Assembly: GCF_030684315.1 (NCBI RefSeq)
Contig: NC_081373.1
Span: 52,686,864 to 52,750,863 of the forward strand
Length of the DNA: 64,000 nt
Direction of reading: 5' to 3'
From: Stegostoma tigrinum
Taxonomy: Eukaryota
In this document: in pieces, positions 1-12,760 of the stretch
How positions within the stretch are numbered: position 1 is the first letter of the stretch
Layout of the letters: each line of letters starts with the position of its first letter
Program-made: the position numbers and the translations under genes
Notes under the pieces: model-generated
What the model was told of the DNA's origin: nothing
The model's database searches: none
Seen by the model: the letters and a program-made list of their open reading frames with translations, nothing else

Positions 1-180
1 AAAACGTACAACATATATGATGAATCCACGGAATTTTCTGGTTAATACACAACGCTTGGACATTTGTTTCAAAAAAATTGTATTTTGTTTTTATCCTCCT
101 TGTTATTATTAAATATATGCTGGAGTTGCTCCATAAGCCCTCATCTAAAATCACGTCAGAGATACAAACTGTACATATCA

Positions 181-250
181 TTGAATCATAGAATAATAGA
201 ATCCCCACAGTGTGGAAGCAGGCCATTCAACCCATCAAGTCGACACCTAC
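181..250 (-). mobile_element. HE1-type SINE, 3' fragment
   Basis: Reverse complement of the tail GGCCTG(C/T)TTCCACACTGT...GATTCTA shared with the other HE1 copies in the window. Confidence 0.7.
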
Positions 251-599
251 ATCCAAATCCATGTTTTAAAACAAAAATATTTCCTTTTCTCTCAGGCCCT
301 TTTGTTTCTCCTACACTATTTTTTCATTATTTCACCTTTTCTTGTTTCTCTTTCTATCCCTCATTTGACTCTTCTACTGCTTCTTTGGTACTTTGCCAAT
401 CGCAAATCACAATGGTTGAGGAGAAAGGCTGTCAGTCCTCTTGTTCATTGAGGTTCCAGTTACCTTGCTGCTTCTAGTTATCAGCGTGTCCTGAGTTCAC
501 TGGGGCAAGTTTTGTTTTCATTGCCTCACGTGGGGGTGAATGCTTAACACTCAGAAAGACTTGTATCTCGATAGCAGTACTCACAACGTCCAGATGTTC

Positions 600-780
600 T
601 TACACAATTTAATGCCAGTGGTGCACTTTTGCAGTACAAGTGCTATTCTAATGTGGGCCAAACAGTAGCCAATCGCCCAGCAAGATTCCACAAGCAAAAA
701 TGTTGCAAGTTTGAGGAAGATTGGATGAGGATGATCCCTCTCCCGTAATGGATACTTACCATCCACTTTAACAAAACTAA
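600..780 (-). mobile_element. Deu-domain SINE (SacSINE1/AmnSINE-like) fragment
   Basis: Degenerate reverse match to the Deu core (...GCCAAT..CAGCAAGATTCCACAAGCA...). Confidence 0.5.
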
Positions 781-1264
781 ACTAGCAATCAGTCTGTGTC
801 ACATGTGCGTGATCCTCCCCCACTCAAATTTCCTCTGTTGAACACAAATAAAGAAAATATCACTTTTGTATTTTAGTAGATAGCTTACTTTCTCTGTATA
901 TTAAATCTTCTTTTGGATAACCTGGCACGTAATACATTGTCGGTAAAAATATTTGCATGTATATCATCTTAACGTTTTTTCTTGTTTATTGTTTGTGTTT
1001 ATAATATGCATTTGAAATTCAAATTGTACACATTGACTCTCATACAGGCTTCAGAAATTGCCTGCATACTCTTATTAAATATAATGAAGCTGAGTGACTA
1101 CAGCAAGTAATTACTGCACAATTCAGAAGGAAATCCAGCATCCAGCCCCTCTTTGTCTAATTTCAGGGAGTGGCATCATGGACTGTTTTGTATCTGTATT
1201 GTTGGCTTTGAGATCATGAGAAACAGGGACAAAGAAACAGCATTTACTATCCAAGAAATCTAAG

Positions 1265-1520
1265 AGAAGAACACAGTCTCAGGGCAAGGGGCCAATCATC
1301 CAGGACCGAGATGAATAATGATCCACCAGAATACTCCATCAATGAATACATTTAAGCCTGAATTGGACACATGTTGGTCCCTTGGGGAATCAAAGGATAG
1401 GCAGAACAGACAGGAAAGTGGAGTCAAAACCCAAAATGAGCCATGATCGTATTGAACAGCAGAGCAGGGCTCGATGGGCCAAATAGTCTATTGCCACTCC
1501 TATTCTCTTAGAGTTTCTAA
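1265..1520 (+). mobile_element. CR1 LINE 3' end, decayed
   Basis: HSLR-x-RG-x-x-RTEM-like codons followed by the CR1 3'UTR (AGCCATGATCGTATTGAA...GGCTCGATGGGCCAAAT). Confidence 0.75.
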
Positions 1521-3439
1521 CACATAGCTCAATTCTACATTATCAATCAAAATGGACCAATGAATATTTCAAATATCTTTTCCTTGCAACACTTAATGAT
1601 CCCCTTCAAAGCATTTTGCTATGATAAGCTTGGTGGTTTCATTTATCTTCGTGCTGTCTCCTCACAAAGATATGTGAAGCAGAGTGAGAACGCACAGGTT
1701 GATCAACAGTTTGATAGTTTGTGATGGAATACTGTAACAATCATAATATCTTGATGTAAGTCCTATACAGAGGGAGTGTATTGTGGGCTCACAACTCTTA
1801 CTATTAAAGTGGGATTTGGGGTCATGTGTTCTCCCACATTCACCAGCCAGGAATGACCTGCGATTCTAGAATTTAGGGACTAGACTCTGGTCTCTATTCA
1901 CTGAGACTATCCAGAGCAAAGTTCAAATCCTGCCTTTTCTAACCCAGTGCAAGGAAAGGTTCTGAAAACTAAAGACTTGATTCTCTTAATTAGGTTGCTA
2001 ACAGGAGAAGAAGAAGCTGATGACACATTTATCGTATATTCAAAATGTTGCATGTGTGCATGCAAAATCTTACTTCCTGCTGTCACATGTACCATGGAAA
2101 TTAACTACACAAATGTAACACGCCTATTGGAGCGAAATTTTAAAGAGGAGCCTGAGTCCTGTATTCAGCCACATCAATTGATCTTTATTCAGAGCTCCTT
2201 AACAACATGTGTGGGAGAGGCCAGGGACGGCTCCGAATCTGGCTTTCATATGGGGCCCAGTTTCCCTCTTCAATACAGCTCAGATTGGAGGTGCTATCAA
2301 TGACACTCTGCGTTTCCCAGTAAAGTACACGATATTTATATATACTGTGTTACAATTATTACATACAACAGTGACATCACTGCTTGCCTCATCCCCTCTG
2401 ACCTATACATCCAATCCTATGAATGCAAAATCAATGATGGACAATTTCCTGGTCCAGCCTTAGGTTCTCCCTAGGCATCTCATGGTGTTTGCCGGACCCT
2501 GTATCCCCCGTCCTTGGGCTCTGATGATTGTCGACCACATTCCAGCACTGACTGTTATGTCCCTTCCTAGACATTTGCTAGTCGCATCGTATACTTACTT
2601 ATTACTAATGACTGTTCAAATTCAGTCATGCAATTCATACTCCTTGCTGATCTTAGTACAGAAGATTAAAAAGGATGTTACTTGCTACCAATTTGCAGTA
2701 TTAGTAATTCCAGCTGTAATATAAAGTCAGTTATAAATGTATACACAGTTAAATCTAATGCTATGATTCTGTGACAGAGCTAACAATTATGGGAGCAGCT
2801 TCCTCCTTATCTGACTTTTGAAGTAGCAATTGTTTATTTTCTTGAATCATAGTGACCCTGTTTCAAAATTGTTTCTGCTCCCCTTTTTCTATGTTATTTG
2901 TGTCAAGGTAGCCTTCCAACATTATCTTGTTTGTATTGTTTTTGACGTCTTAATCTTCCTCCTGATAGACAAATAAGTTTCTTCAAGGGTGTCTCTGTGT
3001 TCAAGGTTTCAGAAACTTAATCCCCCAATATCTAATAAATTTAAACTTCTATTATTGTATGAATATGTGTCTAATATGTAACTATAATTTGTGAAAAAGC
3101 CTCATCTCAGGTAGGTCAAGCTTTCCATTCCTTACCAGAAATCTCAAATCAGATGGTTTTAATTGAAGCCGTCACATCAGAGTCTTATGGTTTGCACTCT
3201 AGTCCCATCTTACGAAAACTTACAGGCATTTTGTTGTCTGTCAGTAAAGGCCATGATTTAAGTGATAGGAAATGTTGCATCGGCTACAATTTTCTTCTTC
3301 TATTTTGTGTCAGTTTAAAAGAAGACCCCTAATAGGCATTTTGTCACATTCAGCCTTGGCCAGCACAACAATATCACAACCTCCCATCAATGGAAGGTTG
3401 AAGGTCCTTCTTTGGTCTCACCAAAATCAGAATTAAACT

Positions 3440-3645
3440 GAAAAGACTGATTTTTATTAGATTTTTAGTCAGTGAGGTTATCAATGGAGCTGAGGTGGTG
3501 ATCGTCCATGATCTAATTGAATGATAGAGCCGGCTCACAGAGATGTGCAGCATGGAAGAAGGCCTTTCAGCCCATCAAGTCTGCACTGGTCAAAAACCAG
3601 CACTTGACTATTCGAGGGACTGAATGGCCGACTTGTGCTCATGTG
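3440..3645 (+). mobile_element. CR1 3' end with a nested antisense CR1 tail fragment (~3537-3612)
   Basis: The 3'UTR sequence GATCTAATTGAATGATAGAGCCGGCTC|CGAGGGACTGAATGGCC is split by a reverse tail (CAGCATGGAAGAAGGCCTTTCAGCCCATC). Confidence 0.6.
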
Positions 3646-4930
3646 GTTGCATACAAAATGCAAAATCAAAATAGATGTCGTTGTCACAGAAATCTGCAAG
3701 AGAGGGCATGTTTATTTCTTCACATGAATTACCAGTGAAACACAAGCATATCAGTGTACAAAGCTAAAATGTAATCAAAATGACCATACCTGTCACAGTG
3801 TGATGTAGTGCTGCATTTTCAGTGTAAGGTTACTGTATGACAGCAGAAAAGCTGTCACGACTTTTTGGCTTTAGATTATGCCAAGCTTTTCTGGCTCTGA
3901 TGAAATGAATCTCTTGACATGCCAATGTTCAAATAATGTGACACATTAACAATGCATAAAACATAAAAATACAGACCATCAGTTAAGGGTTTTTCTTTCA
4001 TACTTAAAGACATAAGCAATAGCCTTCTTTCATTAAGTTCTCAATGCTTCCATAGTTAATTATTAGTGTGATTAATTTTATTTTAAATATTAATTTATAT
4101 GTACATTATAGACTAGCAATAATTATGCCTTCTAAAGAAAATAGATTAATGCCATTCCATACCAACTATTATAATAACATGTTGGTGTGTTTTAAACTAA
4201 TTAGTATTTAAAGGCTTCATAAATCTTCTTTGAATACAAACAATCCTCCAGAGAGACGTTTTCAATGGCAACTAAATAAATTCCTGGTGGAATTTTTCAA
4301 GAAATACTGCCAAACTCCATGATGATAGACACAATTTTGCTTTTGCTTATGATGGCAGTGGATTTTCATTTCTCCTCTTCCTTGCACATTGGGTAGTCCA
4401 ATGGAGAAGGGTAGAGTGGCTCTGATTTTAGGCTTGTTGAAAGGTACCCCCCAATCTGCTGTGCACATCCTTGCTAGCAAAAACGTGGGCATAACATTCC
4501 TCCTGTCCCTGCTCCTCCACTCAATCTGAGGGAAAGGCTTTCACCTGCACCACCTGAATGGCAGCCTGGTACAGTGAAGCCAATCGACCAGCCGCTGCAG
4601 AATCATCCTGGTTTTCAACTCACTGATTCTAGTTGGACACAAAGAAAGCCAAGTTCTGTGACCCAGCCAACCAGACGGCAGCTCCAGTCTGCTAATTCAT
4701 CAGCCCAGGGCCCTGCTGCTGCTGTATGGCACAACACCGGGAAGGGTTAAACAATATCATGAGATAAACCGTGTCTGTCGAGGTCTGTTCCTGTTTTGTA
4801 CCAGTTTCTAAGTTCTATGTAGCTGAACAGTAAGGTATACTTAGTCTTAAGTCTGGTCTGAGTTCTCACAAGAGACTATCATATAAGTGGCCATAAGGTT
4901 TTACACAATAAACCTTTGTGACCAAGCGTC

Positions 4931-5270
4931 ATTTCATAGCATCGTTACAGCGTGGAAAGAGACGATTCAGCCCATTGAGTCTCCACCAACTCTCTGAAGA
5001 GCATTCCAACCTAACCCGCGACCCTGCATTTAACATAGCTACTCTATCTAAACTGCACATCCTGGAAGATTATGGGCGATTTAGCACGGCCAAGCCACCT
5101 AATCCGCAAACCTTTGGACTGTGGGAGGAAACCAGAACATCCAGAGGAAACCCACACAGATACAGGGAGAATGCCCACACTGACAGTCACCCAAGACTGG
5201 GATCATACCCAGGTCCTTGGCACTGTGAGGCAGCAGTGCTTACATCTGAGCCAGTGTGCCATCCTTCTGC
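4931..5270 (-). mobile_element. HE1-type tRNA-derived SINE
   Basis: Reverse tRNA-like head, central TTTGGACTGTGGGAGGAAACC and the CR1-type tail. Confidence 0.9.
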
Positions 5271-6966
5271 CAGAGACATTTCTGTCAGAGAAATTGTGTG
5301 GCCATCCTATCCCAAATGCCATTGGTTCCTTAGACTGACACTAATGAGAAGGTTGTGGTGGTGATTAATGAAGAGAGAATGAAGAAGAAAGAGACTCTGT
5401 TAAGAACTCTGTAAGTGTATCCAAATATTCAGCAGCTTAGAAATGCAGAGAGGCAGCCAGCTTCTAAGGAAGCAGAGACCAGTAGTTATAAAGTCTGCAG
5501 AAGCAATAGAAGTGCTAACCCTCCTCATAAGTGTTCAAAACTGCTAGAAATTGGGAAAAGCACTGAAAAAGCTTGTGCTGACCCCAGAGAATCTTGCCAA
5601 AGCTGCAAAAGGGAAATCTCTAAGTCATCAACCTCAGCTAAAGCAGTTGACTTTGGACTATGACAGTAATTAAAATCCCCTGAAGGAAGAGTGAAAATTC
5701 TTGTTTTATTGAAAGATTCTAAACTGAGAAGCTAAAAGAAGGCACACAAAATTCGTGAACAAATATCACTACAATTGTTTAAAATTGAGAACAATTGCAA
5801 AAATAACTTTCAATTAAAGGATACTTCTCAAGAAAATCAAAAATTCAACCAATCAGAGTGACAAATTTGAAGTCAGAATGAATTGTTAAAAGCCCATTTT
5901 TAAGTAAAAACAAATTCTTGTTATGCAACTGAAAATAGTACTTTTTTCAGTTTTAAAAGATGTGAATCTCATGCACAGTATGTTGAATGGCACGTATTAT
6001 TCATATTGTTTAAAAGGCCACAAAGCCCACTGAGGAAGAGGGTAAACAGTAAGGATTTAGCCCTTCCCTCCATTGTCAGGAGCTCTCATGGAAGCAGCAC
6101 TCCAGAGGAAAACCTCCAGCCCACAGTTGCTAAGATACACTGAAAAAACTGTGTCAGCTGGAAAGAGAATAAAAGCTAGCCATATAGACAAGCTAGAGTC
6201 CTTACTGAAGAAGTATGTTCATGAGGAAAGTTAGAAAAGGGGGAAAACGTCACAATATCAGCTCAAAAGACATGCCTGGCAAGGGTAAAATTTCTTCAAA
6301 ATGTATGTCACGAGCAGGGTACACAAGGCACAGCCACAAGTAGACAGAACATATTCCAGAGCAGTAATTCATACTGTAGAATCAGAAAAACCACAGCGTA
6401 CCTCAAAGGTGACAAAAGGGCAATTTGCAGTATTCTGAGAAAAGATGATTGGAAGAGAAAATAAGAATTTAAAGATTGTGATAAAAGTAAGAGATCCATA
6501 AACTATAACGCTATTTTTGGCAGAAAGATTTATTATGGCCACCGCCAAAGATGTTCATCTAAAAACAAGTACAAGTGGTTGTCCAGTTGTTTTAAACTGT
6601 GATAGGCAGGAAAATGTCCATTTTTCCCTGTAGATGCAGGAAAATGGCCATCTTGACAGCAGAAAGCAGGAAAAACTCCAATGCTGAAGATTAAGCAGTA
6701 TCTCGATAAGAGTTACAGTATTGCTATGTAAAGAACTTGAACCTTAAAAGAAGGAAAGAATTGCATCATTGCCATAATATAGAATTTCAAGCTTTATTAG
6801 AAAATGTACTGCTGCTTAGCTATAATACAATTTAAAGCTTGCAGAGAAAGAAAATATTGTTGTCATCCAGAGTTTAAAAGCTTGAAGAGATTTGAAAATG
6901 AAAGAATTAAAATACTATTGACCTAGTACAAGATTACAAAGCTTAAAACCAGCTGCATTTATATAT

Positions 6967-7155
6967 TAACAAAGTGTGGAGCTGGATGAACACAGCAAGC
7001 CAAGCAACATCTTAGGAGCAGAAAAGCTGATCTAAGTTTCTAGGCCCGAAACATCAGCTTTTCTGCCCCTAAGATGCTGCTTGGCCTGCTGTGTTCATCC
7101 AGCTCCACACTTTGTTATCTTGGATTCTCCAGCATCTGCAATTCCTATTAACTCT
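6967..7155 (+). mobile_element. Penelope-derived palindromic mini-element
   Basis: Inverted arms ~6967-7031 and ~7053-7117 plus the tail GATTCTCCAGCATCTGCA; same family as the terminal repeat at 19490-19686. Confidence 0.85.
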
Positions 7156-7269
7156 GATACATTTATCTACTGTCCAAGCGGTATTTAGTATTGGAAAATA
7201 TATCAAACAGCATTAAGATGGAACAGCCTTAAACATAGAAGAAGTAATGGCAGGAGTAACAATATTACT

Positions 7270-7800
7270 AAAAAGATTCAATGTCTGAAGTGGGCCAAAC
7301 AGAACACAGGATTGGACAACTTCAAGAAAATAGTTCTTAATATACAGCATTTCTCCAAAATTAAACATTATATCTGCTGAACAAGTAAATACACTATTAC
7401 ATTCAATTCATGTTATAAATCACCAAAATATAAAAGAAGATACAAAGTTCTAACTTCTTTAAAATTTCTGACTCTAAGCTGACAAAGTAATAAAATTCTA
7501 AAAGGACAATATTTAACAGAAGAGTTCAGCATCAAGGAGAACGTGCATATAATTTCAATAATCACCCGTACAGACTAATGAAGAATTGTGACTATGGGGC
7601 TTTGAAATTAGAACCCCTAGAGAAAAAATCATTTTTGAATTATTGAGTAATCTCTTTCACATTTATTGTTGTGCAAAAGAAGGTTAGGATTTAAACAAAG
7701 CTGTTTAAATTATGCTGGAAACAGAAACCAGAAAGATCCATAGACATATCCTAAGAGGACAAAGACAGCCATATCACAAGAAAGCAACAGAACTTTATAA
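7270..7800 (+). pseudogene. Ty3/Gypsy gag relic
   Basis: Manual translation gives DWTTSRK*FLIYSI, EQVNTLLHSI and, from 7503, RTIFNRRVQHQGERAYNFNNHPYRLMKNCDYGALKLE. These resemble Gypsy gag motifs (QVNTLIY; FNRRxQxxGE...LYxLAxxCxYGxL). Frameshifted. Confidence 0.65.
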
Positions 7801-8043
7801 AGTATGAACACTTTACAGACAGACTAAACAAATCCAGCTTTTCCCAGGCTTAGGGCCTGGAGGGAGTGAGGAGATTATTGATGGAGGTTCAAGAACAGTG
7901 GAATGATGTTATCTTCTGAACAGAGATTTTAGAAGATGTTGTAGGTCTGTAACAATGAAGGCGAGATGTGGAAAGAATTCCAACTTACAATTATATAGCA
8001 ACTTGTAAGGAAAGGTTTCACGACTTTTGCTTTCATAAATAAA

Positions 8044-8395
8044 GGGGAGACAATGACCTAGTGGTATTATCTGAGTGGACTGTCAATCTGGAGGCCCAGA
8101 TAATGCTCTGGGGACCCAGGTTCGAATCCTGCCATGGCAGATGATGGGATTTGAATTCAATAAATATCTGCAATTAAGAGCCTAATAATGACCGTGAATC
8201 TATTGTCAATTGTTGGAAAAACCCATCTGGTTTACTAATGTCCTTTATGGAAGGAAGCTGCCCTCCTTTCCTGGTCTGGCCTACATGGGACCCACAGCAA
8301 TGTGGTTGACTTTTAATTGCCCTCTGGGCAATTAGGGATGGGCAATAAATGTTGCCTAGCCAGTGATGCCCTCATCCCATGAAAGATTTTTTTTA
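8044..8395 (+). mobile_element. tRNA-derived SINE with GGGCAATAAATG tail (second SINE family)
   Basis: A-box-like TGACCTAGTGG, B box GGTTCGAATCC, and 3' GGGCAATTAGGGATGGGCAATAAAT...CATCCCATGAA. Confidence 0.85.
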
Positions 8396-8654
8396 AATGG
8401 TCCTGTCTGAGAATCATAGCATCACAATACCAAAAATCATTCAACCCTTTATCTCCGACTCCCTGAAAGAATCAACCCTTTACATCCATGTTCCTGCCCT
8501 TTCCCTCAAGCTCTACAATACTCTGGCATTTCAAATATTCATCCATTTGCCTTTTCTGAGTTACCTATTAAACTGGTTCCTACTGCCCTTTCAGGAAGAT
8601 CAGTCTAGACTACAACTTGTTGGTTCATCTTCCTCCTGTCACATTCACCTTTCT

Positions 8655-8860
8655 TAATTCATTCACAGGATGTGTGTGTCACTGGCTGGGCAGCATTTAT
8701 TGCCCGTCTTTAATTTCCCAGACGGCAGGCAAGTGTGAGCCATATTGTTTTGGGTCTGGAGTCATAGGTAAGCCAGACCATGTGGGAAGACAACAATTTT
8801 GCTTAAATGGCTTTAGTGAACCAGGTGGGCTTTTCTCAGCGACAGTTTCATGATTACCAT
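8655..8860 (-). mobile_element. Second-family SINE, 3' half
   Basis: CAGCATTTATTGCCC...GGTCTGGAGTCA...TTAGTGAACCAG is the reverse of the 8044-8395 element. Confidence 0.8.
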
Positions 8861-9399
8861 TAACTCTTCCGTTTGCCACCTTCAAAAGCCAGTTGTACTC
8901 CTGGATAAGCGCTGTCATTCCAGGGCCACCCAGCAGCGTTCTTGATATTTGTCCGGGGCATGGCAGACAGCAGGAAATTGGCACCTTGCTTTTCAAGCAG
9001 GAAATTCCACTAGGACCACCAGAGGAGGCTACAATGCCAGGCAGTGCCCTTCCTGGGCCCAGATTGCCACTGTGGGTCAGTGCAGTCTCGGCCATCTAGA
9101 GAAATGCCCAGAACAGCAGGAGAAAGGTCAATGACCTTCTCCACTCCACCAGTGTAATCACCGCCATCTCCAATCCGATGCCTCACATTCACTCTCTCTC
9201 CATTCCTGTACTCAGCTCCCACTGATGCCCTTTTTTTCTCACTCTCACTATTGCCACCCTCAATCACTGTCACTCACCCCCAAACCGCAACAACTCTAAC
9301 CCTGGATGTCCTCTGTGCTGTCTATTCACTTGGTCCTTCTCACCTGTACATTGCTTTACTATGCCTGCACCCCCTGACTGATGGCTATCTCCCTTAGCT

Positions 9400-9900
9400 T
9401 GACTCGGCCCTGGTGACAACCATTGACATGTGTACTCCCTTGGAGTCTATGATAAATGGCAGAGCACAACAGTAGTACAATGAGCCTGGTGTCTCTGTCT
9501 GAGGAGCAAGGCATCCTAAGGCAGCAATTCTTGTGCATCCAGGAAGGCTCTGATGGAGTCACTGCATAAAAAGCACATGAACAGCCCAGACATTCAGCTG
9601 GTCCAGTCCACAAACTGAGAGTGCATCCCTAATTGCCAAACAGTGTTACAATGATAATCCCAGTTAGCTCTGAGAAGCAACAATTAACTACCGAAATATT
9701 CTGTAAATGGATTAGAAAAATGCCAGGAATGTTCTTCAAGACTTGCCCTTGTCAGATGCCAATGTCCATAGATGTGAATTGCATGGGGCCGCTGGACCGA
9801 AGGATTGTGCCCAGAGATGCTGATACATGGTAATTCACCTACAACTTTGCAGCCAGCGGTGAAATGAAATCGCCAGGTATCTACTCCGATTTCCATCTCA
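9400..9900 (-). pseudogene. PIF/Harbinger transposase relic
   Basis: In correct order: ISGHNPSVQRPHAIHI (~IAGFPxVQGAIDCTH), CLGCSCAF (~PGSCHDAF), SSDRDTRLIV-CCAL (~SPxRVSRIIVVCCALHN). Heavily degenerate. Confidence 0.45.
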
Positions 9901-10104
9901 AGAAGTTTTTGGATAGGAATCTGTATATTAACAAGGTGAGAGGTGCAGTTAATAATGTTGACAACAATCCATTCAGTGCCATCAGTTTCACAACCTCGAC
10001 CACTAACACAAGCAAGCTAGAAAATGTTGACAACAAGTTCACTTCTAAATTCCTCTCCTGAGTCCACATACCATCCTGACTTGGACATATCAAGCACTCT
10101 TTCA

Positions 10105-10310
10105 TCATAGAAACATAAAGTCATGCAGCATGGAAACAGGCCCTTCAGCCCAACTCATCCATGCTGGCCAGGTTTCCCAAACTGAACTATTGCCATTTGC
10201 CTGCCTTGAGCCTGTATCGCCTCCAAACTTTTCCTTTACCACATGTACCTGGCCAAACATCTTATAAATGGTGTAATTGTAACCACCTCTACCATTTCCT
10301 CTGACTGAGG
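10105..10310 (-). mobile_element. CR1 (HER1-like) 3' end
   Basis: CATAGAAACATAAAGTCATGCAGCATGGAAACAGGCCCTTCAGCCC is the reverse CR1 tail shared with HE1. Confidence 0.75.
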
Positions 10311-10363
10311 TCAATCTTTACTCAGTTTTAGATTTATTCATAGAGTAAAAATTTACAAGCATT

Positions 10364-10680
10364 GGGGCGACACGGTGGCTCAGTGGTTAGCACTGCAGCC
10401 TCACAGCGCCAGGGACCCGGGTTCAATTCCAGCCTCGGGTAACTGTGCGGAGTTTGCACATTCTCCCTGTGTCTGCGTGGGTTTCCTCCGGGTGCTCCGG
10501 TTTCCTCCCACAGTCCAAAGATGTGCAGGCTCGGTGGAATGGCCATGCTAAATTGCCGTAGTGTTCAGGGGTGTGTGGTTTATAAGGGGATGGGTCTGGG
10601 TGGGATACTTCAAAGGGTGATATGGACTTGTTGGGCTGAAGGGCCTGTTTCCACACTGTAGGGAATCTAATCCAAAATCT
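10364..10680 (+). mobile_element. HE1-type SINE, full length
   Basis: GGGGCGACACGGTGGCTCAGTGGTTAGCA (A box), GGTTCAATTCC (B box), and tail GGGCCTGTTTCCACACTGTAGGGAATCTAATC. Confidence 0.95.
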
Positions 10681-10691
10681 AAAAGCATTTA

Positions 10692-11185
10692 AGACCATAA
10701 GGCCATAAGACATAGGAGTGGAAGTAAGGCCATTTGGCCCATCGAGTCCACTCTGCCATTTAAATCATGGCTGATGGGCATTTCAACTCCACTTCCCTGC
10801 ACTCCCCCCGTAGCCCTTGATTCCTTCTGAGATCAAGAATTTATCAATCTCTGCCTGGAAGGCATCTAACGTCCCGGCCTCCACTGCACTCCGTGGCAAT
10901 GAATTCCACAGGCCCACCACTCTCTGGCTGAAGAAATGTCCCCTCATTTCCGTTTTAAATTTACCCCCTCTAATTCTCAGGCTGTGCCCATGGCTCCTAG
11001 TCTCCCCGCCTAACGGAAACAACTCCCCAGTGTCCACCCCTTCTAAGCCATACATTGTCTTGTAAGTTTCTATTGGATATCCCCTCAACCTTCTAAACTC
11101 TAATGAGTACAATCCCAGGATCCTTAGCCGTTCATCAAACATTAAACCTACCATTCCAGGGATCATCCGTGTGAATCTCCGTTGG
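10692..11185 (-). mobile_element. CR1 LINE, 5'-truncated (RT C-terminus and 3'UTR)
   Basis: ORF contains QRRFTRMIPG...LGLYSLEFRRLRG...FFSQRVVGLWNSLP; CCATAAGA-type tail repeats. Confidence 0.93.
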
Positions 11186-11329
11186 GCATGTATGTCCTTG
11201 GGCCTATGATCCATGGGCCAATTTTGACATATTCGCTCATACTTGGTTAAAACCAAACCCTCAGAAGTGGCTGAGTCAATATCCTATAGCATGGATGTGA
11301 GTTTGCTCACTGAGCTGGAAGGTTAGTTT

Positions 11330-11369
11330 TCAGACGTTTCGTCACCATTCTAGGTAACATCATCAGTGA
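11330..11369 (-). ncRNA. Minimal type I hammerhead ribozyme motif
   Basis: Minus strand reads TCA-CTGATGA-T-GTTACC-TAGAAT-GGTGAC-GAAAC-GTC-TGA. Confidence 0.75.
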
Positions 11370-11456
11370 GCCTCCGACGAAGCGCTGGTGTTATGTCCCG
11401 CTTTCTATTTATCTGGTTAGGTTTCCTTGACATAACACCAGCGCTTTGTCGGAGGC

Positions 11457-11496
11457 TCACTGATGATGTTACCTAGAATGGTGACGAAACGTCTGA
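11457..11496 (+). ncRNA. Minimal type I hammerhead ribozyme motif
   Basis: TCA-CTGATGA-T-GTTACC-TAGAAT-GGTGAC-GAAAC-GTC-TGA: both core boxes, 6-bp stem II, palindromic ACGT stem III, GUC site, 3-bp stem I. Confidence 0.75.
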
Positions 11497-12399
11497 AAAC
11501 TAACCTTCCAGCTCAGCAAGCAAACTCACATCCAGAACCTCAACCTGAGCTACAAATCTTCTCAAAACTCGCTATCCTATAGCATCATTCACTACTGTAC
11601 ACCATTATGATAACACGTCCACTACATGAAGTTCAGTGATATTCAAGGAAAAGGACAACCATCATCTCCTCAGGGAAACCGAGAAGAGGCAATAGGAATT
11701 GATAACATCACCCCCATCCCCAGAATAAATAAAAGAATAGAGTAGTGTTTTACAAGATGATGTGCAGTAAATACATAAGTTCATGTTTCCACTTAAGTGA
11801 GTCAAAAAGTAAATCAGTCATCAGAAGTGCCAGTTATAAGCAAAATCTGATTTGAAAAATGAGGACTATTGGCATGATAATGTTAAGATTCAAAAATTTA
11901 CTGCTCCAAAATGAAAGATTATAAACACAACATTATGACATGCTCAACGATTCGATCACAATTGAAGAAGTGTGATTTTTCAATGATAACTAATTTTTTT
12001 TATTATTGGAAGGGATAACATTTAATGGCAATTAATTTCTGTAGTGATTTATCATACTACTAAGTTTCATCCACATAACTGAGACCTCGTGGCTGTTAGT
12101 CTCAATTACAGGCACAACAATGGTTTCAGGCCTCACTGAAAACACATTTTTAATGGTTTGCTTTTGATTCATCTAGGCTGTTCTTCAAAGCTGCCAATCC
12201 TTCTTTCACAAATAAGTTCTGCATATCAGAAAGTCAAAAACAACACGCGCTATTTTTCTGGAATTGGCAGATGCTAACATTTTAATTAAAGTTGTTTTCA
12301 ATTTAATTCTGGTGAATTTCTGACTGCCTAAAAGCAGGGTTATGGACTGGGATACTTTTGTATTCTTGACATCTGGCACAAGTGTAACATGGCCAGATG

Positions 12400-12760
12400 T
12401 TTGAAGCTGGGTCAGCAGTGGCTCAGTGACAACACAATCCTCTGTAAAATTGTGAGTTTGATCCACTCTGGATTTGAAGATGTAATCCAAACGACTAATG
12501 CATAACTATGGGATGTAGTATCTTTTGGACAAGGTATGGAACTAAGGTCATGTTAGCTATCTCACATAGATTAAATAATTCCATAGTACTAGTTGAGAAA
12601 AAGTGTTGTTGTTTTGGTAACGTATATCCTTCAGCTATATTTTGCTTTAATCACTAATTTCACTGATATTAATAGAATCTTAAAATGCTTAGATTGGCTG
12701 CAGCAATCTCTAATATTCCAGCAGTGACTTTTCTTCCATATTAGGCCATTCCTTAATGTA
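12400..12760 (+). mobile_element. Deu-domain SINE, decayed
   Basis: tRNA-like head GTGGCTCAGTG and degenerate Deu core (...ATTGGCTGCAGC...CAGCAGTGACT). Confidence 0.5.

Larger units (their letters stand above)
11293..11572 (+). mobile_element. Penelope-derived palindromic element with two hammerhead motifs
   Basis: ~106-bp inverted arms (11292-11397, 11429-11534), 38-nt tail, and 13-bp TSD TATCCTATAGCAT (11280-11292, 11573-11585). Same terminal repeat as the GIY-YIG-bearing copies at 37.0 and 57.6 kb. Confidence 0.92.

Noticed and set aside
10364-10440. tRNA-like sequence with A and B boxes (also in other copies)
   Set aside because: SINE heads continuous with the HE1 body, not tRNA genes.
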